Positions 43,401-55,000 of a stretch of DNA of 64,000 nt are shown here, piece after piece. Where the stretch lies: assembly GCF_009914755.1 (NCBI RefSeq), contig NC_060938.1; one strand, 5' to 3'. Each line of letters begins with the position of its first letter. Positions within the stretch are counted from its first letter, which is position 1. The DNA is from the human T2T-CHM13v2.0 reference genome, Homo sapiens. The notes beneath the pieces are model-generated. The model saw only the letters and a program-made list of their open reading frames with translations, had not been told where the DNA came from and made no database searches. A program made the translations under genes and the position numbers.

Positions 43401-46399
43401 TCGAGATTTTATATGAAGATATTCCCGTTTCCAACGAAATCGTGAAATGTATCCAAATATCCCCTCGCAGATTCTACAAAAAGAGTGTTTCAAAACTGCT
43501 CTGTGAAAAGAAAGGTTCAACTCTGTTAGTTGAGTACACACATCACAAACAAGTTTCACAGAATGCTTCTTTCTAGCTTGTAGGGGTAGATATTCCCTTT
43601 ATCACCATGGGCCTCCAACCGTCCGAAACATCCACTTCCATATACTACAAAAAGAGCGTTTCAAACCTGCTCTATGAAAGGCAATGTTCAACTCTGTGAC
43701 TTGAATGCAGACATCACAGAGCAGTTTCTGAGAATGCTTCTGTCTAGATTTTATAGGAAGATATTCCCGTTTCCAACGAAATCTTCACAGCTATCCAAAT
43801 ATCCACTTGCAGATTCTACAAAAAGAGTGTATCAAAACTGCTCTGTCAAAAGGAAGGTTCTTTTCTGTTAGGTGAGTGCATACGTCATAAAGGAGTTTCT
43901 GAGAATGTTTCTGTCTAGTGGTTATGGGAAGATATTTGCTTTTTCACCGTAGGCCTCAGAGCGCTCAAAGTATCCACTTGCACATACTACAAAAAGAGTG
44001 CCTCAAAGCTGCTCTCTGAAACGGAATGTTCAACTCTATGAGTTGAATGCAAACATCGCAAAGACGTTTCTGAGAATGCTTCTGTCTAGATTTGATATGA
44101 AGATATTCCCGTTTCCAACGAAATCTTCAAATCTATCCAAATGTCCACTTGCAGATTCAACAAAAAGTGTTTTTCAGAACTGCTCTATCAAAAGAAAGAT
44201 CCACCTCTGTTAGCTGAGTTCAGACATCACAAACAAGTTTATGAGAATGCTTCTGTCTAGTTTTTATTTGAAGATATTTCCTTTCTCACCATAGACCTGA
44301 AAGCTGTCCTAATGTTCACTTCCAGTTACTACAGAAAGAGTGTTTCAAAACTGCTGTACGAAAGGGAATGTTCAACTCTGTGACTTGAATGCACACATCA
44401 CAAAGAAGTTTCTGAGGATGCTGCTGTCTACTTTTTATACTTAATCCCGTTTCCAACGAAATCCTCCAAGCTATCCAAATATCCACTTGCAGATTCCACA
44501 GAAAGACTGTTTCAAAACTGCTCTGCCAATAGAAAGGTTCAACTCTGTTAGCTGCGTGCATATATCCCAAAGAAGATTCTGAGATTGCTTCTGTCTAGTT
44601 TTTATGGGAAGATATTTCCCTTTTCACCGTAGGCGTCAAGGCGCTCCAAATGTCCACTTCCAGATACTACAAAAAGAGTGTTTCAAACCTACTCTGTGAA
44701 AGGGAATATTCAACTCTGTGACTTGAATGCACATATCACAAGGAAGTTTCTGAGAATGCTTCTGTCGAGATTTTATATGAAGATATTCCCGTTTCCAACG
44801 AAATCCTGAAATGTATCCAAATATACCCTCACAGATTCTACAAAAAGAGTGTTTCAAAACTGCTCTGTAAAAAGAAAGGTTCAACTCTGTTAGTTGAGTA
44901 CACACATCACAAACAAGTTTCACAGAATGCTTCTTTCTAGCTTGTAGGGGAAGATTCCCCTTTATCAACATGGTCCTCAAACCGTCCGAAATGTCCACTT
45001 CCATATACTACAAAAAGAGCGTTTCAAACCTGCTGTATGAAAGGCAATGTTCAACTCTGTGACTTGAATGCAGACATCACAGAGCAGTTTCTGAGAATGC
45101 TTCTGTCTAGATTTTATAGGAAGATATTCCCGTTTCCAACGAAATCTTCACAGCTATCCAAATAACCACTTGCAGATTCTACAAAAAGAGTGTATCAAAC
45201 CTGCTCTGTCAAAAGGAAGGTTCTTTTCTGTTAGGTGAGTGCATACGTCATAAAGGAGTTTCTGAGAATGTTTCTGTCTAGTGGTTATGGGAAGATATTT
45301 GCTTTTTCACCGTAGGCCTCAGAGCGCTCCAAATATCCACTTGCACATACTACAAAAAGAGTGCCTCAAACTGCTCTCTGAAACGGAATGTTCAACTCTA
45401 TGAGTTGAATGCAAACATCGCAAAGACGTTTCTGAGAATGCTTCTGTCTACATTTGATATGAAGATATTCCCGTTTCCAACGAAATCTTCAAATCTATCC
45501 AAATGTCCACTTGCAGATTCAACAAAAAGTGTTTTTCAGAACTGCTCTATCAAAAGAAAGATCCACCTCTGTTAGCTGAGTTCACACATCACAAACAAGT
45601 TTATGAGAATGCTTCTGTCTAGTTTTTATTTGAAGATATTTCCTTTCTCACCATAGAGCTGAAAGCTGTCCTAATGTTCACTTCCAGATACTACAGAAAG
45701 AGTGTTTCAAAACTGCTGTACGAAAGGGAATGCTCAACTCTGTGACTTGAATGCACACATCACAAAGAAGTTTCTGAGGATGCTGCTGGCTACTTTTTAT
45801 ACGTAATCCCGTTTCCAACGAAATCCTCCAAGCTATCGAAATATCCACTTGCAGATTCCACAGAAAGACTGTTTCAAAACTGCTCTGTCAATAGAAAGGT
45901 TCAACTCTGTTAGCTGCGTGCATATATCCCAAAGAAGATTCTGAGATTGCTTCTGTCTAGTTTTTATGGGAAGATATTTCCCTTTTCACCGTAGGTGTCA
46001 AGGCGCTCCAAATGGCCACTTCCAGATACTACAAAAAGAGTGTTTCAAACCTACTCTGTGAAAGGGAATATTCAACTCTGTGACTTGAATGCACATATCA
46101 CAAAGAAGTTTCTGAGAATGCTTCTGTCGAGATTTTATATGAAGATATTCCCGTTTCCAACGAAATCCTGAAATGTATCCAAATATCCCCTCGCAGATTC
46201 TACAAAAAGAGTGTTTCAAAACTGCTCTGTGAAAAGAAAGGTTCAACTCTGTTAGTTGAGTACACACATCACAAACAAGTTTCACAGAATGCTTCTTTCT
46301 AGCTTGTAGGGGAAGATATTCCCTTTATCACCATGGGCCTCCAACCGTCCGAAACATCCACTTCCATATACTACAAAAAGAGCGTTTCAAACCTGCTCT
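9587..46399. repeat. Degenerate ~17.7-kb tandem duplication (HORs 8-20 vs HORs 21-34)
   Basis: HOR haplotypes and rare SNVs appear in the same order, at offsets of 17724-17725, 16361 and 19088 bp. Confidence 0.72.
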
Positions 46400-49300
46400 A
46401 TGAAAGGCAATGTTCAACTCTGTGACTTGAATGCAGACATCACAGAGCAGTTTCTGAGAATGCTTCTGTCTAGATTTTATAGGAAGATATTCCCGTTTCC
46501 AACGAAATCTTCACAGCTATCCAAATATCCACTTGCAGATTCTACAAAAAGAGTGTATCAAAACTGCTCTGTCAAAAGGAAGGTTCTTTTCTGTTAGGTG
46601 AGTGCATACGTCATAAAGGAGTTTCTGAGAATGTTTCTGTCTAGTGGTTATGGGAAGATATTTGCTTTTTCACCGTAGGCCTCAGAGCGCTCCAAATATC
46701 CACTTGCACATACTACAAAAAGAGTGCCTCAAAGCTGCTCTCTGAAACGGAATGTTCAACTCTATGAGTTGAATGCAAACATCGCAAAGACGTTTCTGAG
46801 AATGCTTCTGTCTAGATTTGATATAAAGATATTCCCGTTTCCAACGAAATCTTCAAATCTATCCAAATGTCCACTTGCAGATTCAACAAAAAGTGTTTTT
46901 CAGAACTGCTCTATCAAAAGAAAGATCCACCTCTGTTAGCTGAGTTCAGACATCACAAACAAGTTTATGAGAATGCTTCTGTCTAGTTTTTATTTGAAGA
47001 TATTTCCTTTCTCACCATAGACCTGAATGCTGTCCTAATGTTCACTTCCAGTTACTACAGAGTGTTTCAAAACTGCTGTACGAAAGGGAATGTTCAACTC
47101 TGTGACTTGAATGCACACATCACAAAGAAGTTTCTGAGGATGCTGCTGTCTACTTTTTATACTTAATCCCGTTTCCAACGAAATCCTCCAAGCTATCCAA
47201 ATATCCACTTGCAGATTCCACAGAAAGACTGTTTCAAAACTGCTCTGCCAATAGAAAGGTTCAACTCTGTTAGCTGCATGCATATATCCCAAAGAAGATT
47301 CTGAGATTGCTTCTGTCTAGTTTTTATGGGAAGATATTTCCCTTTTCACCGTAGGCGTCAAGGCGCTCCAAATGTCCACTTCCAGATACTACAAAAAGAG
47401 TGTTTCAAACCTACTCTGTGAAAGGGAATATTCAACTCTGTGACTTGAATGCACATATCACAAGTAAGTTTCTGAGAATGCTTCTGTCGAGATTTTATAT
47501 GAAGATATTCCCGTTTCCAACGAAATCCTGAAATGTATCCAAATATACCCTCGCAGATTCTACAAAAAGAGTGTTTCAAAACTGCTCTGTAAAAAGAAAG
47601 GTTCAACTCTGTTAGTTGAGTACACACATCACAAACAAGTTTCACAGAATGCTTCTTTCTAGCTTGTAGGGGAAGATTCCCCTTTATCACCATGGTCCTC
47701 AAACCGTCCGAAATGTCCACTTCCATATACTACAAAAAGAGCGTTTCAAACCTGCTGTATGAAAGGCAATGTTCAACTCTGTGACTTGAATGCAGACATC
47801 ACAGAGCAGTTTCTGAGAATGCTTCTGTCTAGATTTTATAGGAAGATATTCCCGTTTCCAACGAAATCTTCACAGCTATCCAAATATCCACTTGCAGATT
47901 CTACAAAAAGAGTGTATCAAAACTGCTCTGTCAAAAGGAAGGTTCTTTTCTGTTAGGTGAGTGCATACGTCATAAAGGAGTTTCTGAGAATGTTTCTGTC
48001 TAGTGGTTATGGGAAGATATTTGCTTTTTCACCGTAGGCCTCAGAGCGCTCAAAGTATCCACTTGCACATACTACAAAAAGAGTGCCTCAAAGCTGCTCT
48101 CTGAAACGGAATGTTCAACTCTATGAGTTGAATGCAAACATCGCAAAGACGTTTCTGAGAATGCTTCTGTCTAGATTTGATATGAAGATATTCCCGTTTC
48201 CAACGAAATCTTCAAATCTATCCAAATGTCCACTTGCAGATTCAACAAAAAGTGTTTTTCAGAACTGCTCTATCAAAAGAAAGATCCACCTCTGTTAGCT
48301 GAGTTCAGACATCACAAACAAGTTTATGAGAATGCTTCTGTCTAGTTTTTATTTGAAGATATTTCCTTTCTCACCATAGACCTGAAAGCTGTCCTAATGT
48401 TCACTTCCAGTTACTACAGAAAGAGTGTTTCAAAACTGCTGTACGAAAGGGAATGTTCAACTCTGTGACTTGAATGCACACATCACAAAGAAGTTTCTGA
48501 GGATGCTGCTGTCTACTTTTTATACTTAATCCCGTTTCCAACGAAATCCTCCAAGCTATCCAAATATCCACTTGCAGATTCCACAGAAAGACTGTTTCAA
48601 AACTGCTCTGCCAATAGAAAGGTTCAACTCTGTTAGCTGCGTGCATATATCCCAAAGAAGATTCTGAGATTGCTTCTGTCTAGTTTTTATGGGAAGATAT
48701 TTCCCTTTTCACCGTAGGCGTCAAGGCGCTCCAAATGTCCACTTCCAGATACTACAAAAAGAGTGTTTCAAACCTACTCTGTGAAAGGGAATATTCAACT
48801 CTGTGACTTGAATGCACATATCACAAGGAAGTTTCTGAGAATGCTTCTGTCGAGATTTTATATGAAGATATTCCCGTTTCCAACGAAATCCTGAAATGTA
48901 TCCAAATATACCCTCGCAGATTCTACAAAAAGAGTGTTTCAAAACTGCTCTGTAAAAAGAAAGGTTCAACTCTGTTAGTTGAGTACACACATCACAAACA
49001 AGTTTCACAGAATGCTTCTTTCTAGCTTGTAGGGGAAGATTCCCCTTTATCACCATGGTCCTCAAACCGTCCGAAATGTCCACTTCCATATACTACAAAA
49101 AGAGCGTTTCAAACCTGCTGTATGAAAGGCAATGTTCAACTCTGTGACTTGAATGCAGACATCACAGAGCAGTTTCTGAGAATGCTTCTGTCTAGATTTT
49201 ATAGGAAGATATTCCCGTTTCCAACGAAATCTTCACAGCTATCCAAATAACCACTTGCAGATTCTACAAAAAGAGTGTATCAAACCTGCTCTGTCAAAAG

Positions 49301-52040
49301 GAAGGTTCTTTTCTGTTAGGTGAGTGCATACGTCATAAAGGAGTTTCTGAGAATGTTTCTGTCTAGTGGTTATGGGAAGATATTTGCTTTTTCACCGTAG
49401 GCCTCAGAGCGCTCCAAATATCCACTTGCACATACTACAAAAAGAGTGCCTCAAACTGCTCTCTGAAACGGAATGTTCAACTCTATGAGTTGAATGCAAA
49501 CATCGCAAAGACGTTTCTGAGAATGCTTCTGTCTAGATTTGATATGAAGATATTCCCGTTTCCAACGAAATCTTCAAATCTATCCAAATGTCCACTTGCA
49601 GATTCAACAAAAAGTGTTTTTCAGAACTGCTCTATCAAAAGAAAGATCCACCTCTGTTAGCTGAGTTCACACATCACAAACAAGTTTATGAGAATGCTTC
49701 TGTCTAGTTTTTATTTGAAGATATTTCCTTTCTCACCATAGAGCTGAAAGCTGTCCTAATGTTCACTTCCAGATACTACAGAAAGAGTGTTTCAAAACTG
49801 CTGTACGAAAGGGAATGCTCAACTCTGTGACTTGAATGCACACATCACAAAGAAGTTTCTGAGGATGCTGCTGGCTACTTTTTATACGTAATCCCGTTTC
49901 CAACGAAATCCTCCAAGCTATCGAAATATCCACTTGCAGATTCCACAGAAAGACTGTTTCAAAACTGCTCTGTCAATAGAAAGGTTCAACTCTGTTAGCT
50001 GCGTGCATATATCCCAAAGAAGATTCTGAGATTGCTTCTGTCTAGTATTTATGGGAAGATATTTCCCTTTTCACCGTAGGTGTCAAGGCGCTCCAAATGG
50101 CCACTTCCAGATACTACAAAAAGAGTGTTTCAAACCTACTCTGTGAAAGGGAATATTCAACTCTGTGACTTGAATGCACATATCACAAAGAAGTTTCTGA
50201 GAATGCTTCTGTCGAGATTTTATATGAAGATATTCCCGTTTCCAACGAAATCCTGAAATCTATCCAAATATCCCCTCGCAGATTCTACAAAAAGAGTGTT
50301 TCAAAACTGCTCTGTGAAAAGAAAGGTTCAACTCTGTTAGTTGAGTACACACATCACAAACAAGTTTCACAGAATGCTTCTTTCTAGCTTGTAGGGGAAG
50401 ATATTCCCTTTATCACCATGGGCCTCCAACCGTCCGAAACATCCACTTCCATATACTACAAAAAGAGCGTTTCAAACCTGCTCTATGAAAGGCAATGTTC
50501 AACTCTGTGACTTGAATGCAGACATCACAGAGCAGTTTCTGAGAATGCTTCTGTCTAGATTTTATAGGAAGATATTCCCGTTTCCAACGAAATCTTCACA
50601 GCTATCCAAATATCCACTTGCAGATTCTACAAAAAGAGTGTATCAAAACTGCTCTGTCAAAAGGAAGGTTCTTTTCTGTTAGGTGAGTGCATACGTCATA
50701 AAGGAGTTTCTGAGAATGTTTCTGTCTAGTGGTTATGGGAAGATATTTGCTTTTTCACCGTAGGCCTCAGAGCGCTCCAAATATCCACTTGCACATACTA
50801 CAAAAAGAGTGCCTCAAAGCTGCTCTCTGAAACGGAATGTTCAACTCTATGAGTTGAATGCAAACATCGCAAAGACGTTTCTGAGAATGCTTCTGTCTAG
50901 ATTTGATATAAAGATATTCCCGTTTCCAACGAAATCTTCAAATCTATCCAAATGTCCACTTGCAGATTCAACAAAAAGTGTTTTTCAGAACTGCTCTATC
51001 AAAAGAAAGATCCACCTCTGTTAGCTGAGTTCAGACATCACAAACAAGTTTATGAGAATGCTTCTGTCTAGTTTTTATTTGAAGATATTTCCTTTCTCAC
51101 CATAGACCTGAAAGCTGTCCTAATGTTCACTTCCAGTTACTACAGAGTGTTTCAAAACTGCTGTACGAAAGGGAATGTTCAACTCTGTGACTTGAATGCA
51201 CACATCACAAAGAAGTTTCTGAGGATGCTGCTGTCTACTTTTTATACTTAATCCCGTTTCCAACGAAATCCTCCAAGCTATCCAAATATCCACTTGCAGA
51301 TTCCACAGAAAGACTGTTTCAAAACTGCTCTGCCAATAGAAAGGTTCAACTCTGTTAGCTGCATGCATATATCCCAAAGAAGATTCTGAGATTGCTTCTG
51401 TCTAGTTTTTATGGGAAGATATTTCCCTTTTCACCGTAGGCGTCAAGGCGCTCCAAATGTCCACTTCCAGATACTACAAAAAGAGTGTTTCAAACCTACT
51501 CTGTGAAAGGGAATATTCAACTCTGTGACTTGAATGCACATATCACAAGGAAGTTTCTGAGAATGCTTCTGTCGAGATTTTATATGAAGATATTCCCGTT
51601 TCCAACGAAATCCTGAAATGTATCCAAATATACCCTCGCAGATTCTACAAAAAGAGTGTTTCAAAACTGCTCTGTAAAAAGAAAGGTTCAACTCTGTTAG
51701 TTGAGTACACACATCACAAACAAGTTTCACAGAATGCTTCTTTCTAGCTTGTAGGGGAAGATTCCCCTTTATCACCATGGTCCTCAAACCGTCCGAAATG
51801 TCCACTTCCATATACTACAAAAAGAGCGTTTCAAACCTGCTGTATGAAAGGCAATGTTCAACTCTGTGACTTGAATGCAGACATCACAGAGCAGTTTCTG
51901 AGAATGCTTCTGTCTAGATTTTATAGGAAGATATTCCCGTTTCCAACGAAATCTTCACAGCTATCCAAATATCCACTTGCAGATTCTACAAAAAGAGTGT
52001 ATCAAAACTGCTCTGTCAAAAGGAAGGTTCTTTTCTGTTA
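43674..52040. repeat. 3-HOR tandem duplication (4085-bp period, 2 copies)
   Basis: Paired private variants at 45165/49250, 45838/49923, 46015/50100 and 46825/50910, plus a 4-bp deletion at ~47060/~51145. Confidence 0.92.
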
Positions 52041-55000
52041 GGTGAGTGCATACGTCATAAAGGAGTTTCTGAGAATGTTTCTGTCTAGTGGTTATGGGAA
52101 GATATTTGCTTTTTCACCGTAGGCCTCAGAGCGCTCCAAATATCCACTTGCACATACTACAAAAAGAGTGCCTCAAACTGCTCTCTGAAACGGAATGTTC
52201 AACTCTATGAGTTGAATGCAAACATCGCAAAGACGTTTCTGAGAATGCTTCTGTCTAGATTTGATATGAAGATATTCCCGTTTCCAACGAAATCTTCAAA
52301 TCTATCCAAATGTCCACTTGCAGATTCAACAAAAAGTGTTTTTCAGAACTGCTCTATCAAAAGAAAGATCCACCTCTGTTAGCTGAGTTCACACATCACA
52401 AACAAGTTTATGAGAATGCTTCTGTCTAGTTTTTATTTGAAGATATTTCCTTTCTCACCATAGAGCTGAAAGCTGTCCTAATGTTCACTTCCAGATACTA
52501 CAGAAAGAGTGTTTCAAAACTGCTGTACGAAAGGGAATGCTCAACTCTGTGACTTGAATGCACACATCACAAAGAAGTTTCTGAGGATGCTGCTGGCTAC
52601 TTTGTATAGGTAATCCCGTTTCCAACGAAATCCTCCAAGCTATCCAAATATCCACTTGCAGATTCCACAGAAAGACTGTTTCAAAACTGCTCTGTCAATA
52701 GAAAGGTTCAACTCTGTTAGCTGCGTGCATATATCCCAAAGAAGATTCTCAGATTGCTTCTGTCTAGTTTTTATGGGAAGATATTTCCCTTTTCACCGTA
52801 GGTGTCAAGGCGCTCCAAATGTCCACTTCCAGATACTACAAAAGGAGTGTTTCAAACCTACTCTGTGAAAGGGAATATTCAACTCTGTGACTTGAATGCA
52901 CATATCACAAAGAAGTTTCTGAGAATGCTTCTGTCGAGATTTGATATGAAGATATTCCCGTTTCCAACGAAATCCTGAAATGTATCCAAATATCCCCTCG
53001 CAGATTCTACAAAAAGAGTGTTTCAAAACTGCTCTGTGAAAAGAAAGGTTCAACTCTGTTAGTTGAGTACACACATCACAAACAAGTTTCACAGAATGCT
53101 TCTTTCTAGCTTGTAGGGGAAGATATTCCCTTTATCACCATGGGCCTCCAACCGTCCGAAACATCCACTTCCATATACTACAAAAAGAGCGTTTCAAACC
53201 TGCTCTATGAAAGGCAATGTTCAACTCTGTGACTTGAATGCAGACATCACAGAGCAGTTTCTGAGAATGCTTCTGTCTAGATTTTATAGGAAGATATTCC
53301 CGTTTCCAACGAAATCTTCACAGCTATCCAAATATCCACTTGCAGATCCTACAAAAAGAGTGTATCAAAACTGCTCTGTCAAAAGGAAGGTTCTTTTCTG
53401 TTAGGTGAGTGCATACGTCATAAAGGAGTTTCTGAGAATGTTTCTGTCTAGTGGTTATGGGAAGATATTTGCTTTTTCACCGTAGGCCTCAGAGCGCTCC
53501 AAATATCCACTTGCACATACTACAAAAAGAGTGCCTCAAAGCTGCTCTCTGAAACGGAATGTTCAACTCTATGAGTTGAATGCAAACATCGCAAAGACGT
53601 TTCTGAGAATGCTTCTGTCTAGATTTGATATGAAGATATTCCCGTTTCCATCGAAATCTTCAAATCTATCCAAATGTCCACTTGCAGATTCAACAAAAAG
53701 TGTTTTTCAGAACTGCTCTATCAAAAGAAAGATCCACCTCTGTTAGCTGAGTTCAGACATCACAAACAAGTTTATGAGAATGCTTCTGTCTAGTTTTTAT
53801 TTGAAGATATTTCCTTTCTCACCATAGACCTGAAAGCTGTCCTAATGTTCACTTCCAGTTACTACAGAGAGAGTGTTTCAAAACTGCTGTACGAAAGGGA
53901 ATGTTCAACTCTGTGACTTGAATGCACACATCACAAAGAAGTTTCTGAGGATGCTGCTGTCTACTTTTTATACTTAATCCCGTTTCCAACGAAATCCTCC
54001 AAGCTATCCAAATATCCACTTGCAGATTCCACAGAAAGACTGTTTCAAAACTGCTCTGTCAATAGAAAGGTTCAACTCTGTTAGCTGCGTGCATATATCC
54101 CAAAGAAGATTCTGAGATTGCTTCTGTCTAGTTTTTATGGGAAGATATTTCCCTTTTCACCGTAGGCATCAAGGCGCTCCAAATGTCCACTTCCAGATAC
54201 TACAAAAAGACTGTTTCAAACCTACTCTGTGAAAGGGAATATTCAACTCTGTGACTTGAATGCACATATCACAAGGAAGTTTCTGAGAATGCTTCTGTCG
54301 AGATTTTATATGAAGATATTCCCGTTTCCAACGAAATCCTGAAATGTATCCAAATATCCCCTCGCAGATTCTACAAAAAGAGTGTATCAAAACTGCTCTG
54401 TAAAAAGAAAGGTTCAACTCTGTTAGTTGAGTACACACATCACAAACAAGTTTCACAGAATGCTTCTTTCTAGCTTGTAGGGGAAGATTCCCCTTTATCA
54501 CCATGGTCCTCAAACCGTCCGAAATGTCCACTTCCATATACTACAAAAAGAGCGTTTCAAACCTGCTGTATGAAAGGCAATGTTCAACTCTGTGACTTGA
54601 ATGCAGACATCACAGAGCAGTTTCTGAGAATGCTTCTGTCTAGATTTTATAGGAAGATATTCCCGTTTCCAACGAAATCTTCACAGCTATCCAAATATCC
54701 ACTTGCAGATTCTATAAAAAGAGTGTATCAAAACTGCTCTGTCAAAAGGAAGGTTCTTCTCTGTTAGGTGAGTGCATACGTCATAAAGGAGTTTCTGAGA
54801 ATGTTTCTGTCTAGTGGTTATGGGAAGATATTTGCTTTTTCACCGTAGGCCTCAGAGCGCTCCAAATATCCACTTGCACATACTACAAAAAGAGTGCCTC
54901 AAACTGCTCTCTGAAACGGAATGTTCAACTCTATGAGTTGAATGCAAACATCGCAAAGACGTTTCTGAGAATGCTTCTGTCTAGATTTGATATGAAGATA

